Assembly (NCBI GenBank): GCA_963840935.1
Contig: CAWJAS010000001.1
Span: 512,875-576,874, forward strand
Origin: Candidatus Magasanikiibacteriota bacterium
GTDB taxonomy: Bacteria > Patescibacteriota > Patescibacteriia > Magasanikbacterales > GWA2-37-8
Reading direction: 5' to 3'
DNA: 64,000 bases
The translations under genes were made by a program, and so were the position numbers. The notes beneath the pieces are model-generated. The model made no database searches, was not told the DNA's origin, and saw only the letters and a program-made list of their open reading frames with translations. Below are positions 1-9,112 of the stretch, one piece after another (the first letter of the stretch is position 1; the number at the start of each line of letters is the position of its first letter).

Positions 1-2
1 CA

Positions 3-473
3 AAGAAATCTATTTTCGCCTCGCAAAGAAATGATTTTGAATCCGCAAAAAAATTAATCAATCAGTCAGCCACTCTTCTAAAAAAAATCCAATTATTGGC
101 AAAAACCGACAGACGTCTTGAAAACGAAGGTTCATACAAAGCAGCGCTTGAAGAATACATTGAGTCGTTTATTTTTTTTCAATGCGTTAATAATAAAACA
201 ATATCCGATATAAAAGAAATTAATGTGGATGCGGATATTTATATAAGTGGAATTTGCGATGTGCCCGGTGAACTATATCGGTATGCCATAAAATCGGCCA
301 CAGACAAAAATTTTGACATGACGAGAAAATGTTATGAATTATGCGAAGAAATTATTTTGGAATTGGTCGATATGGATTTAACGGGATATAATCGACAAAA
401 ATTCGACCAAGCAAAGCAAGCCTTGCACAAGCTTGAGCAAGTGATTTATGAAGTTGGATTAAAAAGATTATGA
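3..473 (+). CDS. translin-family-like protein (5' end lies outside window)
   Basis: Reading frame is open from nt 3 (no stop upstream of the ttg at 96); Glu-rich helix LEEYIE and motif DVPGELYRYAI resemble the translin/TRAX catalytic helix pair; otherwise unrecognised. Confidence 0.35.
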   Translation, partial: KKSIFASQRNDFESAKKLINQSATLLKKIQLLAKTDRRLENEGSYKAALEEYIESFIFFQCVNNKTISDIKEINVDADIYISGICDVPGELYRYAIKSATDKNFDMTRKCYELCEEIILELVDMDLTGYNRQKFDQAKQALHKLEQVIYEVGLKRL

Positions 474-1756
474 ATTGGTTAAAAAAAATATTTCATTGGA
501 AAATTGCGTTATTGGCAAACATATTTTATGGTTTTCCTTCAACAAAATTAATAGTGATTGGTGTAACCGGAACAAAAGGAAAATCTTCCACCTGCAAATT
601 CATCGCTTCAATTTTGGAAAACGCCGGTTTTAAAGTCGGTCTTTTATCGACCATTGAAATCCAAATTAATAAAGAAAGAATTCTAAATGACAAAAAAATG
701 ACCATGCTCGGACGCGGGTTGATTCAAAAAATGCTAAAAAGAATGGTTAACGCCGGGTGCGAGTATGCCGTGATAGAAACTTCCTCCGAGGGTATAATGC
801 AATTCCGCCATTTAGGAATAAACTATGATGTTGTTGTTTTTACAAATTTGGGAGAAGAACACTCAGAAAGACACGGAGGTTTTGAAAATTTAAAAAAAGA
901 CAAAGGCAAAATATTTGCGAATTTAAAAAAATCATCAAATAAAATTATTAATGGAAAAAAGATCGACAAAATAATTATCGTAAACGTTGATGATGAAAAT
1001 TCCGATTATTTTTATAATTTTGAGGCGGATAAAAAGATTAAATATGGAATACAAAATAAAACCGCGAATTATGTCGGAAAAATTTTATCAAGCAATGAGA
1101 ACGGTTCGGTAATTGAAGTTGATGGCGAAGAATACACAATTTCTGTTGCCGGATTGTTTAACGCCCATAACGCACTGTCCGCACTTGCGGTAGCCCGCTC
1201 GCAATCGGTTGATAATTTAGCCATAAAAGAGGGAATAAGCAGTGTGCAAAATATTGAAGGTCGGATGGAGAAAATTAAAGGTTCACAGTCTTTTCAGGTA
1301 ATTGTTGACTATGCGCACGAACCGATGAGCATCCGAGGTTTGTTTGAATCGCTCAAAAATTTTAGTGATTTTCATGGAAAATTAATCGGGGTTATTGGTT
1401 CGGACGGAGGCGGAAGAGATAAAAAAAAGCGCCACAAAATCGGGTTGATAACCGCCGAGTATTGTGATTATGTGATAGTAACGGATGTAAATTGCTATGA
1501 CGAGGATCCGAATTCAATTGCCCAGGCGGTAGCCGACGGAGCGCGAGAAGGCGGAAAGTGCGACGAGAAATCACTTTTTGTTGAAATTGACCGTTTTAAG
1601 GCGATTGAAAAAGCTTTTCTACTCGCAAAAGCCGGAGACATTGTTGTTATTACGGCAAAAGGCAGTGAGCCGTTTATTGCCGTGGCCAAAGGAAAAAAAA
1701 TTCCATGGGATGACAGAAAAATAGCGAAAAATATTTTAGAAAAAATGGGGTACTAA
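470..1756 (+). CDS. Mur ligase family protein (MurE/MurT-like; no N-terminal UDP-binding domain evident)
   Basis: P-loop IGVTGTKGKSST near N-terminus, DYAHEP and GSDGGGRD..R Mur-ligase middle/C-terminal motifs. Confidence 0.7.
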   Translation: MNWLKKIFHWKIALLANIFYGFPSTKLIVIGVTGTKGKSSTCKFIASILENAGFKVGLLSTIEIQINKERILNDKKMTMLGRGLIQKMLKRMVNAGCEYAVIETSSEGIMQFRHLGINYDVVVFTNLGEEHSERHGGFENLKKDKGKIFANLKKSSNKIINGKKIDKIIIVNVDDENSDYFYNFEADKKIKYGIQNKTANYVGKILSSNENGSVIEVDGEEYTISVAGLFNAHNALSALAVARSQSVDNLAIKEGISSVQNIEGRMEKIKGSQSFQVIVDYAHEPMSIRGLFESLKNFSDFHGKLIGVIGSDGGGRDKKKRHKIGLITAEYCDYVIVTDVNCYDEDPNSIAQAVADGAREGGKCDEKSLFVEIDRFKAIEKAFLLAKAGDIVVITAKGSEPFIAVAKGKKIPWDDRKIAKNILEKMGY

Positions 1757-1757
1757 T

Positions 1758-2387
1758 ATGTCGATTTCTTCAAAAATAGAATTGCGCCAAGATGAGTCAA
1801 TAGCCTTTACCGTCAGGCCGTCTCATTTGAATTGTTTTTGGAGCTACTTACTCGCTTTAATAATAATTTTTGGCGCTTCATTTTTTGCTTTTTGGTTAAT
1901 ACTGCAGAATTGGTACGGTATTGCCGTTTTAGTTTCGTCCGGTTTGGCTTCTTTGGCTTTAATATTCAGAGCCAGATCAAAAATTAACAGTAATTATTGG
2001 GTCCTCACCAATAAACGTCTGGTCGATGTGGAAAAACACGGGTTTTTTAAAGACACGATTAGCAATGTTGAATTTAATCAGATTACCGATGTTCATGTTA
2101 AGCGTGGCGGTTTGCGATCTCTGTTGTTTGGGCTGGGCGATTTGGTAATTGACGCCGGGAATGAAGATTATGCCATATCAATCAATGGCATAAAAGACCC
2201 GCAGGTGATTTTGGATAGTATAATGAAATTAGCGGATAATGCCGACTATAACAGGTTTCTTAATGATTCAAAATCAGTAATAAAAAGCTTGTTTAAAATA
2301 TTGCCCACACTTACCATTGAAGAAATTCAGGAAATTATTAATCGTTTGAAAAATCGTTTAATAGAATACCAAGAAGATGATGAATAA
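1758..2387 (+). CDS. membrane protein with bacterial PH (YdbT/DUF304-like) domain
   Basis: Two N-terminal TM helices followed by LTNKRLVDVEKHGFF...ITDVHVKRGGLRSLLFGLGDLVI, typical bPH_2 pattern. Confidence 0.5.
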   Translation: MSISSKIELRQDESIAFTVRPSHLNCFWSYLLALIIIFGASFFAFWLILQNWYGIAVLVSSGLASLALIFRARSKINSNYWVLTNKRLVDVEKHGFFKDTISNVEFNQITDVHVKRGGLRSLLFGLGDLVIDAGNEDYAISINGIKDPQVILDSIMKLADNADYNRFLNDSKSVIKSLFKILPTLTIEEIQEIINRLKNRLIEYQEDDE

Positions 2388-2393
2388 CGAAGT

Positions 2394-2804
2394 ATGAATA
2401 AGAATCAAAATAGCTGGCTTGCCATATTTTGGTCCAAATGGTTTATATTAATCGTTTTGATTTGTTTATTTTTTGTTATTTTTGCGTTGGTCAGGTCGTA
2501 TTTTCAAGACCTTCAAGTTAAGCAAGAGATTGAAAGATTGAGAGCCGAAGCCACTGCATTGGAAGCCAAAAAGCTTGAGACAATCGAAATTTTACGATAT
2601 ATTAAATCGGACGAATTTGTTGAAGAGAAGGCAAGAACCGAGTTCAATATGCAAAAACCAGGCGAAAATGTGTATATTATTCAAGCAGAGAACGAGTTGG
2701 GTCAGGCGTCCATAAACAATGGACAAGTGGATAAAAATAATATAGAATTAATAAGCGTAAAAAATCCAATAAAATGGTTAAATTTATTCATCAAAGCAAA
2801 TTAA
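2394..2804 (+). CDS. ftsB: septum formation initiator FtsB/DivIC-like
   Basis: Single N-terminal TM, coiled coil LQVKQEIERLRAEATALEAKK, conserved EEKARTEFNMQKPGENVYI C-terminal signature. Confidence 0.65.
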   Translation: MNKNQNSWLAIFWSKWFILIVLICLFFVIFALVRSYFQDLQVKQEIERLRAEATALEAKKLETIEILRYIKSDEFVEEKARTEFNMQKPGENVYIIQAENELGQASINNGQVDKNNIELISVKNPIKWLNLFIKAN

Positions 2805-2826
2805 TAATATTTTTATGGAGAATAAC

Positions 2827-3852
2827 ATGGAACAAAAAAATACAGTTGAATCAGCCGGTGTCGAGGTAAAAGTTGGTAAAAAAGAAAACGTGAATATGAT
2901 GATGTTTGTTTACGGATTCGCGGGTTTTATAGGTATTTTCGCATTAATATTTGCATTATACGGAGTAGTAAGAGTTTACGCGCAAGGCGCGACTGACGGT
3001 GCCACAAAAGTTGTTTCTACCGTGCTTCGCTTGCCCCTGGCCAAGGTTGATGGCCATGTTATCAGGTATTCAGAATATTTGAGCGACTTAAAAGCCATTC
3101 ATACTTTGAATGATTATGAAAAAGAGAATGGGGGTTTGACGGTTGCTCTGGATGATACACAAATGAGCGACCAAGTTGTTTGGAGATTAGTTAATAATAT
3201 TATTGTGTCCGACCTTGGTAAAGCATACGGAATAACGGTTGCAAAAGAAGACGTGGAAACTTTAAAAACCCAAATGACCGACCAATTTGAGTCCGTGCAA
3301 GCGGCAGAGGAAGAATTAATGAAACGATACGGTTGGACAATGGAAGTTTATGAAAAAAAGGTTATTAAACCGTTTGTCCTTCAAAATAAAATTGCGGAAA
3401 AATTGGAATTAGACCAGACCTTGCGTGAAGATGTGTACAAGCGAGCGGAAAAGGTTTTGGGTGAAATTTTAGGAGGAGCGAATTTTGAAGAAATGGCGCA
3501 GAAATATGGAGAAGACGGAACGGCGGAAAGTGGAGGCGATTTGGGTTGGTTTGGAAAAGGGGATATGGTGCCACAATTTGAAACGGCTGTATTCGCGCTT
3601 GAAAAAGGAGAAGTTTCAAAAGAATTGGTTGAAACACCATTCGGTTATCATGTTATCAGGCTTGATGATAAAACGACAGAAAAAGAAAAAGACGCGGAAA
3701 CCGGAAAAAACGTTAGTGTTGAAAAGGTAAGCGCCCGGCACATCGTATTCTTATTCCCGTCCCTTGAAAGCGCGCTTGATAAAGCAATAAAAAATGTTCA
3801 GATTGGCTGGTATGTGAAAAAAATTCACAATCCGCTAAATGAAATAGAATAA
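2827..3852 (+). CDS. membrane-anchored parvulin-type peptidyl-prolyl isomerase (PrsA/PpiC-like foldase)
   Basis: N-terminal TM; PpiC domain GGDLGWFGKGDMVPQFETAVFAL...TPFGYHVIRL; GGAGA SD favours atg at 2827 over 2815. Confidence 0.75.
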   Translation: MEQKNTVESAGVEVKVGKKENVNMMMFVYGFAGFIGIFALIFALYGVVRVYAQGATDGATKVVSTVLRLPLAKVDGHVIRYSEYLSDLKAIHTLNDYEKENGGLTVALDDTQMSDQVVWRLVNNIIVSDLGKAYGITVAKEDVETLKTQMTDQFESVQAAEEELMKRYGWTMEVYEKKVIKPFVLQNKIAEKLELDQTLREDVYKRAEKVLGEILGGANFEEMAQKYGEDGTAESGGDLGWFGKGDMVPQFETAVFALEKGEVSKELVETPFGYHVIRLDDKTTEKEKDAETGKNVSVEKVSARHIVFLFPSLESALDKAIKNVQIGWYVKKIHNPLNEIE

Positions 3853-3865
3853 TAATATTAGATTA

Positions 3866-3892
3866 AAGGCGGGGTTAATCCCGCCTTTATCA
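3866..3892 (+). terminator. rho-independent terminator after ppiC-like gene
   Basis: aaaggcgggg-ttaat-ccccgccttt followed by T-rich tail. Confidence 0.6.
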
Positions 3893-3896
3893 AATC

Positions 3897-3969
3897 GCGA
3901 GTGTAGTACAATGGTAGTATACTTGCTTCCCAAGCAAGGGACGCGGGTTCGATTCCCGTCACTCGCTCA
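3897..3969 (+). tRNA. tRNA-Gly (anticodon CCC)
   Basis: Cloverleaf: acceptor gcgagtg/cactcgc, anticodon stem cttgc/gcaag with loop ttCCCaa, T-loop ttcgatt; no encoded CCA. Confidence 0.85.
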
Positions 3970-3990
3970 AGGCGAGATATTTTATTTTAT

Positions 3991-4063
<73 letters not shown>

Positions 4064-4067
4064 CGCA

Positions 4068-4095
4068 AGCGACCCAATAGTTTGGGTCGCTTTTT
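4068..4095 (+). terminator. rho-independent terminator after tRNA pair
   Basis: gcgaccca-atagtt-tgggtcgc + ttttt. Confidence 0.7.
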
Positions 4096-4134
4096 ATTTT
4101 GTAAAAATTATGTTATAATAATTTTGCCTTTTTT

Positions 4135-4815
4135 ATGATAAAGCTTGACCAATTAAGTAAAATTTATTCAAAAGATTCAATAGGGCTACGAGATATTAAC
4201 CTGCATATAGATGCCGGTGAATTTGTGTCTATTGTCGGTCAAAGCGGAACCGGAAAATCAACATTGGTAAAAATTTTAATTGCCGAAGAAAAACCGACAA
4301 AAGGCAGTGTAATGATCGGGGATTGGGATATTACTCGCATATCATCGGCTGATATTCCATATTTGCGACGTCAGATTGGCGTAATTTTTCAAGATTTTAA
4401 ACTTTTAAATAAAAAAACAGTCTACGAAAACGTGACTTTTGCTCTTGAGGTTGCCGGCGAGTCTTCAAGTAGAATTAAAAGTGTTGTGCCTCAAGTTCTT
4501 GATATTGTCGGTCTTTCCGAAAAAGGCAGACGGTATCCTATGCAACTATCAGGCGGAGAACAACAAAGGGTAGCCATCGCGCGGTCTTTGGTTCACAGGC
4601 CAAAAATCATGATAGCCGATGAACCGACCGGCAATCTTGATTCTTTGAACACCGTCGAAATAATAGAAATTCTCAAAAAAATAAATGAGTTTGGTACGAC
4701 AGTGTTGCTCGCGACTCATAACAGAGAAATTGTTAATAATTTACGTCGTCGGGTTATTACTTTGCGAGGCGGAGAAATAATTTCTGACGAGAAAGAAGGT
4801 AAATATCGTTTATGA
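4135..4815 (+). CDS. ftsE: cell division ABC transporter ATP-binding protein FtsE
   Basis: Walker A GQSGTGKST, ABC signature LSGGEQQRVAIARS, Walker B IMIADEPTGNLD; overlaps ftsX by 4 nt. Confidence 0.85.
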   Translation: MIKLDQLSKIYSKDSIGLRDINLHIDAGEFVSIVGQSGTGKSTLVKILIAEEKPTKGSVMIGDWDITRISSADIPYLRRQIGVIFQDFKLLNKKTVYENVTFALEVAGESSSRIKSVVPQVLDIVGLSEKGRRYPMQLSGGEQQRVAIARSLVHRPKIMIADEPTGNLDSLNTVEIIEILKKINEFGTTVLLATHNREIVNNLRRRVITLRGGEIISDEKEGKYRL

Positions 4816-5720
4816 GGTCATTTTGGAGAGTAATAAAATTCGCTTTTCAGGATTTGGGTCGCAATATCGGTCTATCATTCATGACTGTATTTATTTTGAT
4901 TTTAATGCTACTTTCCATCAATGTTTTGTGGTCGGTTGATGTATTAACAAAAGAAGCGGTCGGACTGGTAAAAAATCAGATTAATTTGAGCCTGTATTTT
5001 AAACCGGAAACAACTGATAAAGAAGTGCAATTATTAGCCGAGTATTTAATTCAATATTCTCAGGTTGAGAAATTAGAAATAGTATCTCAGGAAGAAGTGT
5101 TAAAAACTTTTCAAGAAAGACACGCGCTAAATGAAGAAATTTTGACGGCGTTGGATGAATTGAACGCAAATCCGTTTGGTTCAACAATAATTGTTAAAAC
5201 AAATGAACCGGAAGATTTTAAAATTATTTTATCGGCTCTTGATGTGCCCGAATATGAAAACATGATTGAAACCAAAAGTTTTGAGGGTCACGAGGAAGGC
5301 ATTGATAAAATACAAAATATAACAAATAGAGTAGAAAAAATGGGCTTCAGTTTGACGATATTATTCGCAATTATTTCTTTTTTAATTATTTTTAATACGG
5401 TCAGAGTGGCTATCTTTACCCATCGAGTTGAAATCAGCATCAAAAGATTGGTGGGGGCCTCCAGCTGGTTTATCAGGGGGCCATATATTGTTGAGTCAAT
5501 TATATTCACCATATTAAGCGTAGCATCAACAATGGCATTGGTTTTTATCGGCTTAGGTCTTGTCGACCCATATATTTCTATTGTTTTCCCGAATGGTTTT
5601 AGCTTGACAAATTACTATAATTCCAATATTCTTATGCTGTTCGGTTTGCAAGCGTTTGCCGTACTCGTCCTTACAACTATCTCCAGTTTATTAGCCATGA
5701 GGCGTCAATTGAAGATTTAG
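4812..5720 (+). CDS. ftsX: cell division permease FtsX
   Basis: Four-TM topology with large extracytoplasmic loop after TM1, immediately downstream of ftsE. Confidence 0.75.
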   Translation: MRSFWRVIKFAFQDLGRNIGLSFMTVFILILMLLSINVLWSVDVLTKEAVGLVKNQINLSLYFKPETTDKEVQLLAEYLIQYSQVEKLEIVSQEEVLKTFQERHALNEEILTALDELNANPFGSTIIVKTNEPEDFKIILSALDVPEYENMIETKSFEGHEEGIDKIQNITNRVEKMGFSLTILFAIISFLIIFNTVRVAIFTHRVEISIKRLVGASSWFIRGPYIVESIIFTILSVASTMALVFIGLGLVDPYISIVFPNGFSLTNYYNSNILMLFGLQAFAVLVLTTISSLLAMRRQLKI

Positions 5721-5724
5721 CTGA

Positions 5725-5798
5725 TCCGGGGTCGTCTAAAGGTAGGACGACAGCCTTTGAAGCTGTTTATCTTGGTTCGATTCCAAGCCCCGGAACCA
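5725..5798 (+). tRNA. tRNA-Gln (anticodon UUG), CCA encoded
   Basis: Acceptor tccgggg/ccccgga, anticodon stem acagc/gctgt with loop ctTTGaa, T-arm cttggttcgattccaag, a-cca 3' end. Confidence 0.8.
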
Positions 5799-5848
5799 CG
5801 GCGTTTTACTGCCGTTTTTTGTTTCAAAATCAAAAAAGGAGGAGGGTG

Positions 5849-6277
5849 ATGCCAGTAGCGGAAATGATGGAAAAAGGCACCAAAAAAATGAGGCTGTCCG
5901 TTCTTTTGGGGGTTTTAAAGACCATGAAAGGCTTCTTTGAATTATGCAGACGCCGTATTAATAATACGTCGCCTGTGATTGCTGTTCCGGTGTCTTTTAT
6001 TGATCGTTTGGATTCTGTCGATGATGATATCCAAATTTTGATTATTTCAGTTAAAGAAGCGATAGATAAGCGCGGAAAAAAAATCGACGCTCCTTCGCTT
6101 GACGCGGTTATGGATTCAGTGATGGCAATTCACTGCCTCTCGGAGATGTGTTATGATCCCGATGGTAATCAAACAATATTCAAAGAAACCATCTGTGAGA
6201 TTGAGCAAGAATCCAAAAAATACACGCGTTGGCTCAATCGGAGTTATCGTTATTTGAGCGAGTACATCACTCCTTGA
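5849..6277 (+). CDS. hypothetical protein
   Basis: Strong SD aggagg 6 nt upstream of atg 5849; followed by hairpin terminator 6300-6337. Confidence 0.5.
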   Translation: MPVAEMMEKGTKKMRLSVLLGVLKTMKGFFELCRRRINNTSPVIAVPVSFIDRLDSVDDDIQILIISVKEAIDKRGKKIDAPSLDAVMDSVMAIHCLSEMCYDPDGNQTIFKETICEIEQESKKYTRWLNRSYRYLSEYITP

Positions 6278-6299
6278 ACAACGATACCTCCTTTCTTTT

Positions 6300-6337
6300 A
6301 CCGGTCTGAAAATGACCGGTTTTCTTTTTAAAAAGAT
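6300..6337 (+). terminator. rho-independent terminator
   Basis: accggtc-tgaaaatg-accggt + tttcttttt. Confidence 0.6.
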
Positions 6338-6352
6338 TTTTGATATAATATA

Positions 6353-7072
6353 GTGAATAAGATTATGAAAGAAGCGGTTATAAAATTTAAACAATCAATA
6401 TTTACCGTTGACACTTGCGATGAAGCCGGCCAGAGCGTGCTCGCGGAAATATTTAAATATCGCGAATATCGCAGGGCGGATGAGGCTATTATATCGGCTT
6501 CAGACGACGAATATATTGTTGACGCGGGAGCGCATTTTGGTTTCTTTGCGCTTTACGCGCGTGCCCTCAATCCCGATGTTCAAATAATTTGCCTTGAACC
6601 GAACGAGAAAAATTTTTTGATTTTGCAAAACAATATCAGTAAAAATAAAATAAAAAAAATTAACGCTTTAAATATCGGTCTATCATCAAAATCCGGCAAA
6701 CGAAAGTTCACTGTTTCAAATGACAGCCATGATAGTAAAATGGTAGGGGATAACGAGGAATTTGAAGGTGGGTTTTATTCAAAACAAACCGAATCTTTGG
6801 CAAATTTGGTAGTTGATAATAAAATTAAAAAAATCGCTTTATTAAAAATGGATATAGAAGGAGCGGAATTTGAAATAATTAAAAATGCCCATGACAATGA
6901 CTTTGATTCCGTGTTAAATATTGTTATGGAGTATCATAATTGTGAAAAAGATTCTTACAGAATTATCGAGCAAAATTTACGTCAAAAAGGTTTTAGTGTG
7001 GAAATTTTTCCTTCAAAATTTGATAATAAGCTCGGTTTTATTTTTGCGAGGAATAAAAGAATAAAAAAATAA
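6353..7072 (+). CDS. FkbM-family SAM-dependent methyltransferase
   Basis: DAGAHFGFFALYARAL...IICLEPNEKNF and MDIEGAEFEI motifs typical of FkbM family; alternative atg start at 6365. Confidence 0.6.
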   Translation: MNKIMKEAVIKFKQSIFTVDTCDEAGQSVLAEIFKYREYRRADEAIISASDDEYIVDAGAHFGFFALYARALNPDVQIICLEPNEKNFLILQNNISKNKIKKINALNIGLSSKSGKRKFTVSNDSHDSKMVGDNEEFEGGFYSKQTESLANLVVDNKIKKIALLKMDIEGAEFEIIKNAHDNDFDSVLNIVMEYHNCEKDSYRIIEQNLRQKGFSVEIFPSKFDNKLGFIFARNKRIKK

Positions 7073-7083
7073 ACGATTATTTT

Positions 7084-8415
7084 ATGGAAGACAAAGCATG
7101 GGTCGTGGCGGTGGACATGGGTTACGGCCATCAAAGAGCCGCTTATCCTTTACGTCGTTTTTCACCCGATGGAAAAGTTATTAATGCCAACAATTATCCC
7201 GGAATTCCGGCAAGTGATTTGCGTGTCTGGAAAAATTCACGCTATTTTTATGAATTTGTTTCCCGACTGACAAATATCCCGCTCATTGGTGGGTACATTT
7301 TTAATTTGTACGATAAATTGCAACGAATTCCCGAATATTATCCCCGTCGTGATTTAACAAAACCCTCTCTTCAGGTAAGAACGCAATATAGCTGGATAAG
7401 GCGGGGGTGGGGAAAAGATTTGGTTGAGTATTTAAATCAACAAGATATTCCGCTTATCACAACCTTTTTTACGGTTGCATTTTTGGCAGAAGAACATGGT
7501 TTTAAAAATGATATATATTTGGTAGTATGCGATTCGGATATTAGCCGAGCTTGGGTGGCGCTTGATTCATCACGAAGCAGAATTAAATATTTGGCTCCTT
7601 GCCGAAGGGTGGTCGACAGGTTAAAAGAATACGGGGTTAAACAGAGTAATATTTTTTTAACCGGGTTTCCTTTACCGGAAGAAAATTTGGGTGGATCATC
7701 TCTTAAAATTCTTAAATCCGATTTAGCCGAGAGATTGATTAATTTGGACCCGGAAAAAAGATATAGAAAAAAATATGCGGAAACCATTAAACATTTTATA
7801 AGAGACATAAAAATTGACGCTCGCCATCGCCATCCATTGACTGTCACTTTTGCGGTCGGAGGTGCCGGCGCGCAAAAAACACTGGCTGAAGATATTTTGA
7901 TGAGTTTAAAAAAGAAAATTTTAGGCGGTGAAATTAATTTTAATTTGGTTGCCGGCGTGCGAAACGACGTGTTCAAATATTTTCACAAAAAAATAATATC
8001 TTCCGGATTAAATAAAGCGTATGGAAAGAATTTGAATATTATTTATGAGTTGCACAAAGAAGACTATTTTAAAAAATTCAGCGCCGTTTTGCGTAATACC
8101 GATATTTTGTGGACCAAGCCGAGCGAACTTGTTTTTTATTCAGCGCTCGGTCTTCCAATAATCACCGCGCCTCCCATCGGGTCACAAGAGAAATTTAACA
8201 AAACTTGGTTAAAAACAATAGGCGCGGGAATATTTCAAGACAATCCAAAATATACGCACGAATGGCTTTTTGATTGGGTTGAGTCAGGTTGGCTGGCTGA
8301 GGCGGCAATGTCCGGGTTTTTGGATGGACGACAATTTGGTGTTTTGAATGTTGAAGATGTTGTATTTAGGGGCGCGGAAAGACCGGATGAAGACGATATT
8401 CTTACCGAATTTTAA
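7084..8415 (+). CDS. GT28-like (MurG/MGDG-synthase-like) GT-B glycosyltransferase
   Basis: N-terminal VVAVDMGYGHQRAA (G-x-GH motif of MGDG synthase/UgtP N-domain) and C-terminal DILWTKPSELVFYSALGLPIITAPPIGSQEKFN resembling MurG/MGDG C-domain. Confidence 0.5.
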   Translation: MEDKAWVVAVDMGYGHQRAAYPLRRFSPDGKVINANNYPGIPASDLRVWKNSRYFYEFVSRLTNIPLIGGYIFNLYDKLQRIPEYYPRRDLTKPSLQVRTQYSWIRRGWGKDLVEYLNQQDIPLITTFFTVAFLAEEHGFKNDIYLVVCDSDISRAWVALDSSRSRIKYLAPCRRVVDRLKEYGVKQSNIFLTGFPLPEENLGGSSLKILKSDLAERLINLDPEKRYRKKYAETIKHFIRDIKIDARHRHPLTVTFAVGGAGAQKTLAEDILMSLKKKILGGEINFNLVAGVRNDVFKYFHKKIISSGLNKAYGKNLNIIYELHKEDYFKKFSAVLRNTDILWTKPSELVFYSALGLPIITAPPIGSQEKFNKTWLKTIGAGIFQDNPKYTHEWLFDWVESGWLAEAAMSGFLDGRQFGVLNVEDVVFRGAERPDEDDILTEF

Positions 8416-8438
8416 CCTTTTTGGGTTTTTATTCTCGC

Positions 8439-8467
8439 TTGACAGGGCAGGTTATTTATTATATAAT
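8439..8467 (+). promoter_or_regulatory. consensus sigma70-type promoter TTGACA-17-TATAAT
   Basis: ttgaca 8439-8444, 17-nt spacer, tataat 8462-8467; followed 25 nt later by 5' fragment of tRNA-Asn. Confidence 0.6.
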
Positions 8468-8488
8468 TTAGGCCGTAAATTCATTGAA

Positions 8489-8508
8489 AATTTATTCCGG
8501 GGTAGCGC
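8489..8508 (+). repeat. 20-bp direct repeat copy 1 (aatttattccggggtagcgc = 7 nt leader + first 13 nt of tRNA-Asn)
   Basis: Identical 20-mer at 8789-8808, exactly 300 bp downstream. Confidence 0.9.
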
Positions 8509-8525
8509 TCCGCCAGCTGGCGGAG
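8508..8525. repeat. perfect 18-bp palindrome ctccgccagctggcggag (copy 1 of 3)
   Basis: Self-complementary; flanked by gtagcgc on both sides; variants at 8946-8963 and 9113-9131. Confidence 0.85.
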
Positions 8526-8544
8526 GTAGCGCCAAAATTAATAT

Positions 8545-8805
8545 ATGTATCAAAAAAAATTTTATATTTATGCCATATATAATTCCAAATGCGGTAAAAT
8601 ATATATTGGGCAAACAATAAATTTAAATGACCGTTTAAATTTACATAATTGTAAAATATTCAGAGGTTACACTTCTAAATTTGAGGGTTCTTGGATAATA
8701 ATTTACAAGGAGGAAGTAAATACTAGGCAAGAGGCTTTAAAAAGAGAAAAGCAGTTAAAAAGTTATAGGGGTCGTGAATTTATTAAACAATTTATTCCGG
8801 GGTAG
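8545..8805 (+). CDS. GIY-YIG nuclease family protein (small stand-alone catalytic domain)
   Basis: FYIYAIY...GKIYIGQTINLNDRLNLHN (GIY...YIG...R...H..N core); stop codon overlaps 5' end of tRNA-Asn; bracketed by 20-bp direct repeats. Confidence 0.7.
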   Translation: MYQKKFYIYAIYNSKCGKIYIGQTINLNDRLNLHNCKIFRGYTSKFEGSWIIIYKEEVNTRQEALKREKQLKSYRGREFIKQFIPG

Positions 8806-8808
8806 CGC
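8789..8808 (+). repeat. 20-bp direct repeat copy 2
   Basis: Identical to 8489-8508. Confidence 0.9.
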
Positions 8809-8867
8809 AGCGGTAGCGCAGTTGACTGTTAATCAATTGGTCGTGGGTTCGAATCCCACCCCCGGAG
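8796..8867 (+). tRNA. tRNA-Asn (anticodon GUU)
   Basis: Acceptor tccgggg/ccccgga, D-arm gcgcagcggtagcgc, anticodon loop ctGTTaa, T-arm gtgggttcgaatcccac, discriminator g. Confidence 0.8.
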
Positions 8868-8873
8868 CATAAT

Positions 8874-8905
8874 AAACATACCACCGATAAGGTGGTATGT
8901 TTATT
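8874..8905 (+). terminator. rho-independent terminator after tRNA-Asn
   Basis: aaacataccacc-gataa-ggtggtatgttt + att. Confidence 0.7.
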
Positions 8906-8945
8906 AAATTTGAGGTGAAAGGATTCGAAGTTTATGCCCCGAGAA

Positions 8946-8990
8946 CTCCGCCAACTGGCGGAGTGAAGGGGTAAATCCCACCCCCGGAGC
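8946..8990 (+). repeat. palindrome ctccgccaactggcggag + decayed copy of tRNA-Asn 3' end (..ggggtaaatcccacccccggagc)
   Basis: Last 17 nt identical to tRNA-Asn 3' end; T-stem/loop mutated so not a functional tRNA. Confidence 0.75.
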
Positions 8991-9021
8991 GAAAAAAAAT
9001 GGCCTGAAGGCCATTTTTTTG
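8991..9021. terminator. bidirectional hairpin terminator
   Basis: gaaaaaaaa-tggcct-gaa-ggcca-tttttttg. Confidence 0.6.
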
Positions 9022-9112
9022 TAGCAACGGGGAGCGACCCAACTGCTTGGGTCGCGAGTGGTATGAGAACGCCGGAGCGATGTTTGGTGAGCTTGCGAGC
9101 GAACCAAACCGC

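Noticed and set aside
3365-3730. ORFs 3365-3640(-) and 3485-3730(+) inside the ppiC-like gene
   Set aside because: Alternate-frame ORFs within a confidently assigned gene (parvulin motifs in the annotated frame).
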